Positions 39,002 to 50,404 are shown, numbered from the stretch's first letter. The stretch is DNA of 64,000 nt from Elusimicrobiota bacterium (GCA_036574205.1 JAINCQ010000009.1:1-64000), one strand, 5' to 3'. The notes: a model not told the origin generated them from the letters alone. Translations and numbers: made by a program.

Positions 39002-40096
39002 ATGGCTGAAGTCAAATTTTCAAAAATATCTAAAAAATACGGGGACAATATTATTTTAAAGGAAATAGATTTTGAAATTAAAGATGGAGAGTTTGTGGTA
39101 ATAGTAGGACCAAGTGGTTGTGGTAAAACAACTCTTTTAAGAATGCTAAGCGGGCTTGAAGAAGTAACAGAAGGTGATATATATATAGACTCCATCAGGG
39201 TAAACGAACTCTCACCATCAGAAAGGGAAATAGCCATGGTTTTTCAGGACTACGCTCTATATCCTCATATGAGCGTAAAAGAAAATATGAGTTTTGCATT
39301 GAAGTTAAAAAAATATCCAAAAGATGAAATTGAGAAAAGGGTTAATGAAGCCGCAGCAATACTTCATCTTGAAAACTTGCTTGACAGGATGCCAAAACAG
39401 CTTTCGGGAGGACAACGTCAGCGCGTGGCAATTGGTAGAGCTATAGTAAGACATCCAAAGGTATTTTTATTTGACGAACCATTATCTAATCTGGATGCAA
39501 AACTCAGGGAAGAAATGAGATTGGAACTTTTAAAATTATACCAGAAGCTTAATGCGAGCATAATATATGTAACACATGATCAGATAGAAGCTATGACACT
39601 TGCAAGTAAGGTTATAATTATGAATAAAGGAGTTATCCAGCAAATAGGAACACCGCTTGAAGTTTATAAAAAACCAAAAAACATTTTTGTGGCATCTTTC
39701 ATTGGAACGCCAACTATGAATTTTATAAAAGGATATCTTGTATTTGAAAATAAGAAGCTTTATTTAAGCGCTGAAGGAAAAATGTTTTTTATTCCATCTT
39801 TTGTTCTGCCAGAATTTGAAAAACACATCAATAAAGAAACCATACTTGGAATAAGGCCTGATGATATAATTATTGAAGAATCAAAAATAGATCTTGAAAA
39901 TAAAATAGAGGGCATTATAGATGTTGTGGAAATGCTTGGCTCAAGAGAAAATATATACATAAAATTATCTGAGAAAAAAACTATATGTGCCACCACTTCA
40001 TATTTTAGTGGTTCTCCACTTTCAAAAATATATTTTTCACCAAATTACAACAACATTCATCTTTTTGATCCACATACACAGGAAAGAATAAATTAA
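39002..40096 (+). CDS. Sugar ABC ATPase (MalK/MsmX/UgpC-like)
   Basis: GPSGCGKTT, LSGGQRQR, DEPLSNLDAKLR, VTHDQ; GGAGG before ATG 39002. Confidence 0.95.
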   Translation: MAEVKFSKISKKYGDNIILKEIDFEIKDGEFVVIVGPSGCGKTTLLRMLSGLEEVTEGDIYIDSIRVNELSPSEREIAMVFQDYALYPHMSVKENMSFALKLKKYPKDEIEKRVNEAAAILHLENLLDRMPKQLSGGQRQRVAIGRAIVRHPKVFLFDEPLSNLDAKLREEMRLELLKLYQKLNASIIYVTHDQIEAMTLASKVIIMNKGVIQQIGTPLEVYKKPKNIFVASFIGTPTMNFIKGYLVFENKKLYLSAEGKMFFIPSFVLPEFEKHINKETILGIRPDDIIIEESKIDLENKIEGIIDVVEMLGSRENIYIKLSEKKTICATTSYFSGSPLSKIYFSPNYNNIHLFDPHTQERIN

Positions 40097-40144
40097 CAAA
40101 AAATTTTATATAATATCTTTATATTTATACATATGGAGGTAAAA

Positions 40145-40330
40145 ATGAAAGCAAGTGTCGATCAAAATACATGTATAGGATGCGGACTTTGTGTAAACGA
40201 ATGTCCTGATGTTTTTGAAATGCAGGGAGATAAAGCCGTTGCAAAAGTTAGCAATGTTCCGGCAAATGTAGAAGATTCATGCAAAACCGCAGCGCAAAAT
40301 TGTCCCGTTCAAGCAATTAAATGCGAATAA
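40145..40330 (+). CDS. Monocluster ferredoxin
   Basis: CIGCGLC...CP and distal CPVQAI; GGAGGT RBS before ATG 40145. Confidence 0.92.
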   Translation: MKASVDQNTCIGCGLCVNECPDVFEMQGDKAVAKVSNVPANVEDSCKTAAQNCPVQAIKCE

Positions 40331-40374
40331 TATAAGTTTTCCTCTTGTATTTTTTTTAGAGCAATAGCTTATAA

Positions 40375-41319
40375 ATGTGTAAAAAGAAAGGGGTTGCTTT
40401 ATTTTCTGTTTATTCAAATTCCATTCTGGTATTTTCTAAATTGATAATAGGTTTTTTAACAGGATCGGTATCTATCCTTTCAGAAGCTATACATTCTGCA
40501 ACTGATCTTATAGCATCAATCATAGCGTATCTTGCAGTCCAGAAATCTGCCATTCCCCCTGATGAGGAACATAAATTTGGCCATGGTAAAATAGAAAATA
40601 TATCAGGGTTTATTGAAGCCATTTTAATATTTCTCGCTGCTGGATGGTTAATTTATGAATCAATAAAAAAACTTATATACCCACAGAATATTGAAATGAT
40701 ATGGTTTGGAATAGTTGTTATGAGTATTTCATCAATTATCAATATCTATGTATCAAGGAAATTGATGAAGGTATCAGCTGAAACTAATTCAATAGCTCTT
40801 AAGGCAGATGCTATACATTTAAGAACAGATGTATATACTTCCGCAGGAGTAATGTTAGGGCTTTTTTTGATATGGGCGCTTGAAAAGATATTTTTAGGGA
40901 AACATTTTCACTGGATAGATCCTTTAGTGGCAATTTTAGTGGCAATTTTAATAATAAAAGCAGCCTGGAAACTTACTAAAGAATCATTTTCAGATCTCAT
41001 AGATACATCCATAAATCAATCTGAGATTTCAAAAATAAAAAAAGTAATAAATGCGGACAAAGAAGTTATAGGTTTTAAGAATATGAGAACAAAGAAAGCG
41101 GGAAATAAAACTTTTATAGAATTTGATATATTACTTGATAATAACATATCACTTACTCAAGCTCATAAAATTACTGATGATTTAACATTCAAGATACAGA
41201 AAGAAATTTCAAACTCTGAAGTAATAATCCATATAGAACCCTGCGAAAACCAGTGCACCAAAGAATGCAAGACAAATTGCAAGAAACAAATGAATTACAA
41301 TGGATCTTTTGTCCATTGA
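40375..41319 (+). CDS. Cation diffusion facilitator (FieF-like) with Cys-rich tail
   Basis: SEAIHS..D, PPDEEHKFGHGKIE, ADAIHLRTD, IHIEP. Confidence 0.92.
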   Translation: MCKKKGVALFSVYSNSILVFSKLIIGFLTGSVSILSEAIHSATDLIASIIAYLAVQKSAIPPDEEHKFGHGKIENISGFIEAILIFLAAGWLIYESIKKLIYPQNIEMIWFGIVVMSISSIINIYVSRKLMKVSAETNSIALKADAIHLRTDVYTSAGVMLGLFLIWALEKIFLGKHFHWIDPLVAILVAILIIKAAWKLTKESFSDLIDTSINQSEISKIKKVINADKEVIGFKNMRTKKAGNKTFIEFDILLDNNISLTQAHKITDDLTFKIQKEISNSEVIIHIEPCENQCTKECKTNCKKQMNYNGSFVH

Positions 41320-41420
41320 TTATGTATATCATAGAATAAATATATTCTTTAATAATTTTTATATTTTAAATATTCTTTATAGATAGAAATCCCTGGTGAA
41401 AATTTTTTGATAGGGTTTGG

Positions 41421-42439
41421 TTAATGATGCTTATGGTGATAATCTGAGTAATGATGGTGGTCATGTTCAATATTGTGGGAATGCCGGTGGGTGTGTTTTA
41501 GATTGCCAGAGAAATTTTCATGTTTATGATTGTGATGTTGATCATTATGAGAATGTAAGTGTTCATGTTCTTCTTTATGTAAATGACTATGAGAATGTTT
41601 TGAAAAGAATATTAAAAATACTGAAACACTCATAAATATAAAAGATAAGAAGCCAAAAAATGTTAACTTTTCCTTTAAAATTAAAACAGAAAATAAAAAA
41701 CTAAAAATAGGATATGTTCCAAATATAGCCACTGATTTTGAAGCTCCAATATATCTCATTGAATAGATAAGTAAAACAAGACTTACTCCATAACCAAAAC
41801 CGCCTATTATAAATACTGGCAATATAAATTTAGTTTCAAAACAGCTTATGTTATTTTGAGTAAAATAATAAAAAATATTAATCCCCCCTCCCACAAAACC
41901 CTTTACTATAGCTATTAAACAAGGGTCTCTTATAGAAAGTTTAGTTGTAAGGTTATTATCAATAGCCCAGAATAAACAAGCTAAAATAGTAAAAACACTG
42001 CCTTTAGAAAAAATTAATTTAAAATTATAATCATAAGTAACAAAAAAACTGGCTAAAAAAATAAACAAAACAGCTATCCAGAATTTATTTTCTACATGCT
42101 CTCTTAAAAATATTACTGCTATTGTTGTTGTAAAAAGAATTTCAAAATTTAAAAAAACGGAAACCAAAGTCGCGCTACAATAGCTATAGCTTTAAATAAA
42201 AAAACAGGAGCGAGTATCCCACCAAAGACAATAATACCAATTAAGGCAAAAATATCTTTCTTTAAAATCCCTTCCTCCTTATTTTTAACGATTAAACGAT
42301 AAACTCCCACACAAATAGCAGAAGAAAAATAAGACAGACCTGCCATAAAAATAGGATTAATATCAGTTAATATTATTTTTGAGACTGGCGTAACTAACGC
42401 AAATAAAATAGATGAGATTAATGAAAATAAAAATGGCAT
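41421..42439 (-). pseudogene. EamA/DMT transporter with His-rich tail, split by a 1-nt deletion near 42185
   Basis: ORFs 42149-42439 and 41421-42167 are the two halves. Adding one base gives ...FKAI(S)YCSATLVSVFLNFE...; also WAIDNNLT and an HxH-repeat tail. Confidence 0.8.
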
Positions 42440-43677
42440 CAGTTTTTATATTTTAAAAATGGGATCAACAGCATACCGGGAATTGTGGCTAAAAATACTA
42501 TTATAAAAAAGATAGGATATCCTACCTTTATCTGAAGCCATCCACTAATCATTCCCGGAAGCATCATTGCAAAAGCCATAATTCCAGTAGAGATTGCAAA
42601 ATGAACAGTTTTATTATTTTCATCTGTAAATTGAATTAAATAATACATAAAAGCTGTCGTCCCAAGTCCATAACCAAATTGTTCTACAGCAACAAGAAAA
42701 TAAATAAAACTATGAGGCAACCCTTGATTATAAGCCATATAAACATAAACCAGATCTGGAAGATTTAATGCAAGAGCCATAGGCCATATGCATTTTTTCA
42801 ACCCCCATTTTGAGATAAACCACGCTCCTATTAGATTACCTGCTATAAGACATATAAGACCTATTGTGCCATATGCAACTCCTACTTCAGATGTTGAAAG
42901 CCCCATACCGCCTTTTTCCAGACTATCAAGCAAAAAAGGAGCTGATAACTTTAAAAGCATTGCTTCACCAAATCTATAAAGAACTATAAAAGACACTGCT
43001 AAAATTATTTTATCCTGCTTAAAATACGAAATGATTTTTTCAAAAAAAACCTTATAATCAAATTGTCCTATACCTTTGTCTTTTTGAGGAAATGGGAGAA
43101 ATATTCTGTGATAAAAGCTTAAAATTGCAATTATAAGAGCAACTACCATTAAGACTACCTGCCAGCTTAAAGTAATATTGCCCGTATTAGTTTCTAATTT
43201 TCCAGCCCACATAACCAATAGGCCAGAAGAAAACAACATAGCAAGTCTATATGCAAAAGCTCTTATACCTACAAAAAACGCCTGTTCTCTGTCATCCATT
43301 GAAATCATATAAAATCCATCAACGGCTACATCATGGGTAGCAGACATAAAAGCTATTACAGAAAAAGCAATCATAGAATATAATAAAAATGATTTTAATC
43401 CTAAAGAAACAGAGGTAATCAATATAAAAATTGCCATCACACTTTGTGTATGGATTATCCATTTTCTTTTAGTCATATATATATCTATAAAAGGGCTCCA
43501 GAACATCTTTATTGCCCAGGGTAAATAAAGCCAGCTTGTCCAGAAAGCTATCAAGTCGTTTGAAACTCCCATTTTTTTATAGATTATTACAGCTAACGAA
43601 TTTACAAGAACATAAGGCAATCCTTCGGCAAAATAAGTTGTTGGCACAAAAAACCATGGATTAATTTTTTCTTTCAT
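42439..43677 (-). CDS. AmpG-like MFS permease
   Basis: TYFAEGLPY, LPWAIKMFWSPFID, SATHDVAVDG, EQFGYGLG. Confidence 0.88.
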   Translation of the reverse strand: MKEKINPWFFVPTTYFAEGLPYVLVNSLAVIIYKKMGVSNDLIAFWTSWLYLPWAIKMFWSPFIDIYMTKRKWIIHTQSVMAIFILITSVSLGLKSFLLYSMIAFSVIAFMSATHDVAVDGFYMISMDDREQAFFVGIRAFAYRLAMLFSSGLLVMWAGKLETNTGNITLSWQVVLMVVALIIAILSFYHRIFLPFPQKDKGIGQFDYKVFFEKIISYFKQDKIILAVSFIVLYRFGEAMLLKLSAPFLLDSLEKGGMGLSTSEVGVAYGTIGLICLIAGNLIGAWFISKWGLKKCIWPMALALNLPDLVYVYMAYNQGLPHSFIYFLVAVEQFGYGLGTTAFMYYLIQFTDENNKTVHFAISTGIMAFAMMLPGMISGWLQIKVGYPIFFIIVFLATIPGMLLIPFLKYKN

Positions 43678-43739
43678 ATCTTACTCCTATATATTTTTAC
43701 TATCACATTTTACAATTTTTAGGTATTTTTTAAAAATTG

Positions 43740-43751
43740 TAGAATTTAATT
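43740..43751 (+). promoter_or_regulatory. -10 element 6 nt before ATG (candidate leaderless promoter)
   Basis: TAGAAT-TTAATT-ATG(43752); no SD. Confidence 0.5.
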
Positions 43752-45401
43752 ATGGAAGATTTTTTAAAATCTATAATTTCAAATAATATAATTTCCACTC
43801 TATTTGCGATATCATTGACAGGCCTTATTGGATTATTAATAGGAAATCTGAAAATTTTCAATGTAAATATAGGAATAACGGGGGTGTTATTCGCAGGCAT
43901 AATATTATCACAAATTGGGATTGTATTTGATGAAACATATATAAATTTTTTAAGGGAGTTTGGATTGGTTTTATTTGTTTATGCTGTTGGCATGCAGGTT
44001 GGAAATGGTTTTTTTTCTTCCTTTAAAAAAAATGGAATTTTTTTGAATATCTCCGCGATATTAATAATACTTGGAAATATCTTAATGCTTTTTTTAGTAA
44101 AAAAAATATTTAATATTGACAATCCGTCTTTATTAGGCATATATTGCGGAGCGACAACAAACACTCCGGCGCTTGCAACTGCGCAAAGCGCCGCATCTTC
44201 CCTTTCTCTTTTAATATCAGATAAAATATCCTCTGCTTATGCTATCACCTACCCTGGGGCGATACTATCTCTTATAACATCAATGCTTATTTTAAAATTT
44301 TTTTTCAAAAAAGAATATGAACAGGATATATCAAGATCTTTTTCATCAGATAAACCCAAAATAATAAATATCACAGCTATCGTAGAAAATAAAAATTTAA
44401 ACAACATCTATATAAAAGATATCCCCGCAATTGATGAGTTGAAAATAGTAATAACAAGAATAAAAAAAACAACTGGAATAGTTGTTGCGCATCCAGAAAC
44501 TAAAATAAATGTAGGAGATATCGTTTTATGTGTTGGAGAGGAAAAAAATTTAGAAGAGTTTATCAAAATAATAGGTTCTAAATCAGATATTGATATTCGA
44601 AAACAATCAGAAAAAATAATAAATACTCGCGCTGTTGTCACAAATAAAAATCTTATAGGGAAAAAGATATTTGAAACAAAAATTCCTTCTTATGGTGTTG
44701 TTATTACCAGAGTTTCTCGTTCAGATATTGAATTTGTAGTTTCAGATGATTATACAATACAATTTGGAGATAACATATCCATAGTTGGAGAGGAAGACAA
44801 TGTTTTAAAAGCCACAAAATTTATAGGCAATTCCCCAAAAGATCTCAATCATCCCGATCTTATACCAATATTCATAGGAGTTATATCTGGAGTTTTTATT
44901 GGAATGATTCCAATACATATTCCTTTTGTCTCACAGTCAGTTAAACTTGGACTTGCCGGCGGACAGCTGTTAAGCGCCATAATATTCTCAAATCTTGGAA
45001 ATATTGGAAAAATTTCATGGTATATTCCCCCCGCAAGTAACCTGATGCTCAGAGAACTTGGAATAATAATATTTTTATCCGCAGTTGGTCTTAAATCAGG
45101 CAACAGTTTTTTTCAGACTATATTAAGCGGAAACGGTTTTATAATAATATTATCGGGAATTATAGTTTCGATAATTCCTATAATTATTGCAGGGATTATT
45201 ATCAAAAAATTCTATAAAATTAATTATCTTACAATCTGCGGGCTTTTAAGCGGAGCAATGACAGATCCTCCAGCTCTTGCTTATGCCAACTCATTGTCTG
45301 ATTCAAATTTATCTTCTATATCTTATGCTACCGTTTATCCTATGACAATGTTTTTAAGAATAATATCAGCTCAGATGCTTGTATTTATTCTATATGGATA
45401 A
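43752..45401 (+). CDS. AspT/YidE/YbjL family antiporter with two TrkA_C domains
   Basis: EFGLVLFVYAVG, GATTNTPAL, YAITYP, GAMTDPPAL, YATVYP. Confidence 0.92.
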   Translation: MEDFLKSIISNNIISTLFAISLTGLIGLLIGNLKIFNVNIGITGVLFAGIILSQIGIVFDETYINFLREFGLVLFVYAVGMQVGNGFFSSFKKNGIFLNISAILIILGNILMLFLVKKIFNIDNPSLLGIYCGATTNTPALATAQSAASSLSLLISDKISSAYAITYPGAILSLITSMLILKFFFKKEYEQDISRSFSSDKPKIINITAIVENKNLNNIYIKDIPAIDELKIVITRIKKTTGIVVAHPETKINVGDIVLCVGEEKNLEEFIKIIGSKSDIDIRKQSEKIINTRAVVTNKNLIGKKIFETKIPSYGVVITRVSRSDIEFVVSDDYTIQFGDNISIVGEEDNVLKATKFIGNSPKDLNHPDLIPIFIGVISGVFIGMIPIHIPFVSQSVKLGLAGGQLLSAIIFSNLGNIGKISWYIPPASNLMLRELGIIIFLSAVGLKSGNSFFQTILSGNGFIIILSGIIVSIIPIIIAGIIIKKFYKINYLTICGLLSGAMTDPPALAYANSLSDSNLSSISYATVYPMTMFLRIISAQMLVFILYG

Positions 45402-46305
45402 TTCTATAATACTAATCATTCTTATAATACTTATTGGATATTTCTATGCTTACTTTGATAAAAAGGATTATCTTGAATATGGAATTAATAAATATTTATA
45501 TTATATAGCGCTACCTGCCACAATATTTTTAAAGACAGTTTCTATAAATATAAAGATAATAACCTTAAATTTTGTAATGTTGAATATTGCGCCAATAATA
45601 ATTGTTTTTTTAGTAGTACATCTATTATATAAAACAGATATAATAAAACATAACTTTGCAAGAACTCTTATTATAACATCCACTCTTGGAAACCTTGTCT
45701 ATCTTGGCTTTGCAGTTGTATCCAAAAAACTTGGAGAGGGGGCTATTGGAATTGCGGCAATTGTTTCTGGAATTCAAAACATTGTAATTTTTACATTTGG
45801 TATATTTATAATGAATATAATTTGTCCATATAATAAATGCTCTAAAATAGCAATTTCAAAAACCTTAAAAAATCCTTTACTCATAAGCTCTATAACAGGT
45901 ATAATTGGGGCAATCATCGGGGTTGAACTTCCAGATATAATTGAAGATATTTTTAAAGAGATTTCAAACTCAACAACCACACTTGCGCTTTTTTCTATCG
46001 GAGTAGGTCTTTATGGTGAAAAAGTATATACCGCAAACATAAAAAAAATACTTATTATCTCTTTCTTTAAGATGTTTTTACTTCCGCTTTTTGCTTTTAT
46101 ATGGATATATTTTTCAAATGAAGGCGGGATACAATATGAGGTGAGTCTAATTGAATATATGATGCCCCAGGCAGTAGCATCTTATATAGTCGCAAAAGAA
46201 CTTGACCTTGAAACAAATGTTGTTGCACAATCAATAGTTTTTACAACAATATTGTATTTTATTTTATTACCTTTTTATGTAAGTGCAATAAAATTATTAT
46301 TTTAA
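45394..46305 (+). CDS. AEC family transporter
   Basis: YIALPA, GNLVYLG, KNPLL, LALFSIG, MPQAV. Confidence 0.88.
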   Translation: MDNSIILIILIILIGYFYAYFDKKDYLEYGINKYLYYIALPATIFLKTVSINIKIITLNFVMLNIAPIIIVFLVVHLLYKTDIIKHNFARTLIITSTLGNLVYLGFAVVSKKLGEGAIGIAAIVSGIQNIVIFTFGIFIMNIICPYNKCSKIAISKTLKNPLLISSITGIIGAIIGVELPDIIEDIFKEISNSTTTLALFSIGVGLYGEKVYTANIKKILIISFFKMFLLPLFAFIWIYFSNEGGIQYEVSLIEYMMPQAVASYIVAKELDLETNVVAQSIVFTTILYFILLPFYVSAIKLLF

Positions 46306-46316
46306 AGATTTAATTC

Positions 46317-48038
46317 TTATTCTTCCATTTTATATTTTTTATATATTTGTTTGTATAAAGTATCTCCCGAAATCAGTTCGCTATGATGCCCTTTTTCTAT
46401 AATTCTCCCCTTGTCCATTACAATAACCATATCCGATTTTTCTATTGTTGATGTTCTGTGGGTTACAAATATAGCAGTTACATGAGAAAAATGATTTAGA
46501 AATTCAGTCCAAAACATATGCTCGGTTTCCGCGTCCATTTGATTTGTAGAATCATCCATTATTAATAAATCAGGATCTCTAATAAGAGCGCGCGCAAGAG
46601 ATATTCTCTGTCTCTGCCCGCCTGAAAGAGTGGTCCCCTTATTGCCAACAATTGTATTTATCCCTTGCTGGAAAGAATGGATATCTTTTTCAAGCTGAGC
46701 AATTTTTATCGCAGTTTTAATTTCTTCTTCAGTATAATTTGAAAACATAGTTATATTATTTAAAATAGTATCACTAAAAATAGGTGCCTCTTGCGAGATA
46801 TATGATATTCTTCTTTGATAATCCTTTAAATCATAATTTTCTACGGGGATTGAATTAAGATAAAATTTTCCCAAGGTGTACTGTAAAATCCTTGCTATTA
46901 CTTTAAGAAGTGTGCTTTTAGAACCTCCTATCTTTCCAACAACAGCTATTTTCTGTCCTCTGGTTATTTTTAAATTAATATTATCAAGAAGTTTTTTATC
47001 TCCCACGACAAAAGACAGATTTAAAAGCTCAATCTGATTTATCTGAGATATTTTTTTCGCTTCCCTGGCGCAAATAATCATCGGTTTAAAATTCAATATT
47101 TCATCCACCCTTTTTACGCTTACATAAGCCCTATTGGCAGAAACAAAGAACTGGCTAACATCTGAAAAGGGCCATATAAGCATAAAAGTGTATATCTGAA
47201 AAGAAACAAGATCTCCAACTGTAAGACTTCCTTCTATAACCAAAAGCCCGCCAAATAGATAAACCAAAAAAACTGAAAGAAAACCAGTAAAGAAAAATAT
47301 ATAATGAACAAGAATTTGTTTTTTTTCTGAATCTATAGATTTTAACATTTGTTGCAGGGTTAATTCGGAAAATTTTTCTCCAAAATATTTCTCTTTTAAG
47401 TTTGCTTTTAAAACTTTTATTCCAGAAAAGCTCGTTTCAAGATAATCATAAACATTTGAAATAGATTTTTGCAGTTCCTCATATTTTTTATTCAATATCT
47501 TCCCCTCTCTTACCACAAAATAAACCATAAAAGGCATAGGGATTAAAGATATTAAAGTAAGTTTTATATTTAAATATATCATTACAGAAATTATTGTTAT
47601 AAGAGTAAAAATAGCCTGAATAAATCGGAAAACCCCGGAGCAGGAAAACCAGCTTATCTTTTCAGAGATATCATCTATAAGTCGCGTAAGTATTTCTCCA
47701 GAGTTATATTTAATAAAAATATACTCGTCAAGAGAAAGTAGATGAGAAAAAGCTTTTTCTCTTACCTCATATTCCGTTCTATAATTCATATAAGCTCTAT
47801 TTCTTTGAGCAAAAAGATTAACTATAAAATGAAACAATCCAAGAAAAAGCATTATAATAACGTTTTTTATAAGGTAATTTAAATTAAGATTTTTTTCAAA
47901 GCCATTGATTATCTTCTTAATATAAAAAGGTATTGCAGCCTGAAATATAGCACTTGTAATACCAAGGAAAACAATTAATAGCATTCTATATTTATGTCTT
48001 TTCCAGTACGGAATCAACCATTTAATAAGATATTTCAT
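46317..48038 (-). CDS. Heterodimeric ABC exporter subunit (degenerate Walker A/B)
   Basis: TMD + NBD; GKIGGSKST, LSGGQRQR, MDDST. Confidence 0.9.
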   Translation of the reverse strand: MKYLIKWLIPYWKRHKYRMLLIVFLGITSAIFQAAIPFYIKKIINGFEKNLNLNYLIKNVIIMLFLGLFHFIVNLFAQRNRAYMNYRTEYEVREKAFSHLLSLDEYIFIKYNSGEILTRLIDDISEKISWFSCSGVFRFIQAIFTLITIISVMIYLNIKLTLISLIPMPFMVYFVVREGKILNKKYEELQKSISNVYDYLETSFSGIKVLKANLKEKYFGEKFSELTLQQMLKSIDSEKKQILVHYIFFFTGFLSVFLVYLFGGLLVIEGSLTVGDLVSFQIYTFMLIWPFSDVSQFFVSANRAYVSVKRVDEILNFKPMIICAREAKKISQINQIELLNLSFVVGDKKLLDNINLKITRGQKIAVVGKIGGSKSTLLKVIARILQYTLGKFYLNSIPVENYDLKDYQRRISYISQEAPIFSDTILNNITMFSNYTEEEIKTAIKIAQLEKDIHSFQQGINTIVGNKGTTLSGGQRQRISLARALIRDPDLLIMDDSTNQMDAETEHMFWTEFLNHFSHVTAIFVTHRTSTIEKSDMVIVMDKGRIIEKGHHSELISGDTLYKQIYKKYKMEE

Positions 48039-48042
48039 TTAA

Positions 48043-49788
48043 TTATTCCTGTAAAGTACAATAATTATAATAATATCCCTTCTTTTTTATAAGTTCATCA
48101 TGTGTTCCCATCTCCATAATTCTTCCATTATTTAAAAAAGCTATTATATTTGCGCTTTTTATAGTTGAAAGTCTATGAGCTATTATTATCATTGTTTTAT
48201 GTTTCATAGTGTTTTTTATTGCATTCGTTATAATTCTTTCTGTATATGGATCTACATTTGATGTCGCCTCATCCAGTATTATTATCTCCTGATTTAGAAC
48301 AAGCGTTCTTGTAAGTGAAATTATTTGTTTCTCGCCAACAGATAAATTTGCGCCTTTTTCTACAATATACTTATCAAGCCTATGTCTTTTATAAAAATCT
48401 TCAAGCTCAAGTGTTTTTATAGCATAATTTATCTTTGATTCATCTATCGACGAATCCATAAGCCTTAGATTGTCTTTTATAGTGGCTGGAAACAAGTACA
48501 TATCCTGCTGCACAAGCCCTATGTTTTTTCTAAGCGATTTTATATTTATCTCTTTTATATCCACACCATCTATTAGAATTTTTCCTTTCTGATAATCATA
48601 AAATCTAAATAAAAGATTGGCTATCGTAGTTTTTCCCCCTCCCGTTCTTCCAACAATTGCAATTGTCTTTCCTTTCGGCAAAACAAAACTAATTTCTTTT
48701 AATATCCAATCAGAACCGGGATATTTCATCCACACATTTTTAAATTCAATACAATCTTTAAATGAATCTATATATTTATCGCCTTCAGGGATACTTCCTT
48801 TAAGAGAAAAAATCTGATTTATTCTCTCAACCCCTGCGAATGATTTTTGTATTATACTTACATACTCGGAAAACCTGAAAAGCGGCTCAAACAACTGCCC
48901 AACATATAAAACAAACATAACAACGGTCCCTACTGATATAGTTGAGTTTAATACTTTTATCCCACCATATCCAAAAATGATAGATTTAGATATTGGATCA
49001 AAAAGCATTATAGTCAGGAAAAAAAATATAGCCATATACTCTGCCAAAACTGTTTTTATAAATTTTTCATAATTTACCTTATCAAATTTCTTTTTTATCT
49101 CATTCTCTATTCCATAAACTTTTATAGTTGAAAGGAAAGCAATCTTTTCAGATAAAAAAGAAGTAAGCTCTGCTATTTTTTTCCTTACATTAATAAATAA
49201 TGATTGGCTTTTTGTGACAAATAAATATATTAACCCCATTATTGCAATAATCACAGGGATCAAAACTATACTAAGAGAAACACTATGATACATCATTATA
49301 GAAAAGATAGTTGCAAAAATTATAATATCAATAAATATTGTTATAGAGGTTTCGGTAAATATTTCATAAACCGATGTTGTATCGCTTTGTACTCTGGCCG
49401 CAAGCTTGCCCGGGTTATTATATGAAAAATAATCCATATCAAAACTGAGTATATGTGAATATATTTTATTTTTTAAATCGAAAACAAGTTTTTGTCCTGT
49501 TTTAATCAATATAATCAAAGCTGTGTAATTAAAAGCAAAAAAACAAAGATTTACTACAAGATAAATAGATGTAAGAATTATTAGATATCTGCTATCTTTG
49601 TTTTTAAGAGCAACGTCTATTATTTGTTTTATAAACAATGGACCAAGAAGTCTTAAAAAAGTGGTAAAAATAAAAAAAACAAGTGCTTTTATAAAAGCAT
49701 ATTTATAATTTAAAGCAAATAAATAAAGAGTTTTTAAAACCTTTTTATAATTTATTTTTTCCTTTCCCAACTCCTGGATTTCTTCCAT
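48043..49788 (-). CDS. Heterodimeric ABC exporter subunit (consensus Walker B, degenerate signature)
   Basis: GRTGGGKTT, LSVGEKQ, LDEATS, IAHRLST. Confidence 0.92.
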   Translation of the reverse strand: MEEIQELGKEKINYKKVLKTLYLFALNYKYAFIKALVFFIFTTFLRLLGPLFIKQIIDVALKNKDSRYLIILTSIYLVVNLCFFAFNYTALIILIKTGQKLVFDLKNKIYSHILSFDMDYFSYNNPGKLAARVQSDTTSVYEIFTETSITIFIDIIIFATIFSIMMYHSVSLSIVLIPVIIAIMGLIYLFVTKSQSLFINVRKKIAELTSFLSEKIAFLSTIKVYGIENEIKKKFDKVNYEKFIKTVLAEYMAIFFFLTIMLFDPISKSIIFGYGGIKVLNSTISVGTVVMFVLYVGQLFEPLFRFSEYVSIIQKSFAGVERINQIFSLKGSIPEGDKYIDSFKDCIEFKNVWMKYPGSDWILKEISFVLPKGKTIAIVGRTGGGKTTIANLLFRFYDYQKGKILIDGVDIKEINIKSLRKNIGLVQQDMYLFPATIKDNLRLMDSSIDESKINYAIKTLELEDFYKRHRLDKYIVEKGANLSVGEKQIISLTRTLVLNQEIIILDEATSNVDPYTERIITNAIKNTMKHKTMIIIAHRLSTIKSANIIAFLNNGRIMEMGTHDELIKKKGYYYNYCTLQE

Positions 49789-49861
49789 AAAGATAACTAA
49801 AAAAAAAAGAATGTAAAAATATGATGATATTTATTAACAGTATTTTAATTGAAGAAAAAAA

Positions 49862-50395
49862 TTAATTAAAATTATATCCTTCTTCAACCGCTTTTTTATT
49901 GAGCTCAATAAGTTCTGGTTTTAACTTCTTATAAACCTTTGGGAGTGCGTCAATTATGGATTTTTTTGAAATAGCGTTTGTCGCTTTTGAAATAACTCCA
50001 AGCGCTATCATATTTATTACTTTGGAATTTCCCAACCTATCCGCTATTTTGTTAAGAGGCACTTCTATTATTTTTATGTCATTTCTCTTTGATTTAGAAT
50101 TTATAAGCGCAGTATTTACAATCAAAAAACCGCCTTTTTTTACCATTGGCTCAAATTTAGCAAAAGATGGCTCGTTAAATACCACAGCAACATCAGGCTG
50201 CGTTACAATAGGACTTGCAACTTCATCATCTGAAATTACAACAGAACAATTTGCTGTCCCTCCTCTCATTTCAGCTCCATAAGAAGGGAAAAAACTAACA
50301 TTTTTATTATCAAGCATTCCGGCATATGCAAGTAAAACTCCTGCTGAAATAACTCCCTGACCTCCAAATCCGCTTAACCTTGCTCCTATATACAT
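49862..50395 (-). CDS. 2-oxoacid:ferredoxin oxidoreductase gamma subunit
   Basis: GFGGQG, PSYGAEMRGGTANC. Confidence 0.93.
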   Translation of the reverse strand: MYIGARLSGFGGQGVISAGVLLAYAGMLDNKNVSFFPSYGAEMRGGTANCSVVISDDEVASPIVTQPDVAVVFNEPSFAKFEPMVKKGGFLIVNTALINSKSKRNDIKIIEVPLNKIADRLGNSKVINMIALGVISKATNAISKKSIIDALPKVYKKLKPELIELNKKAVEEGYNFN

Positions 50396-50404
50396 AAATC
50401 CTCC

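Noticed and set aside
40923..40950. 12-bp tandem duplication TTAGTGGCAATT
   Set aside because: It encodes LVAILVAIL in an ordinary CDF TM helix with no apparent length anomaly.
41417..41635. 72-aa plus-strand ORF rich in V/D/Y/C
   Set aside because: It is the antisense shadow of the His-rich EamA tail.
46317..49788. Degenerate ATPase motifs in the ABC exporter pair as a sign of decay
   Set aside because: One degenerate and one consensus site is the normal arrangement in heterodimeric ABC exporters.
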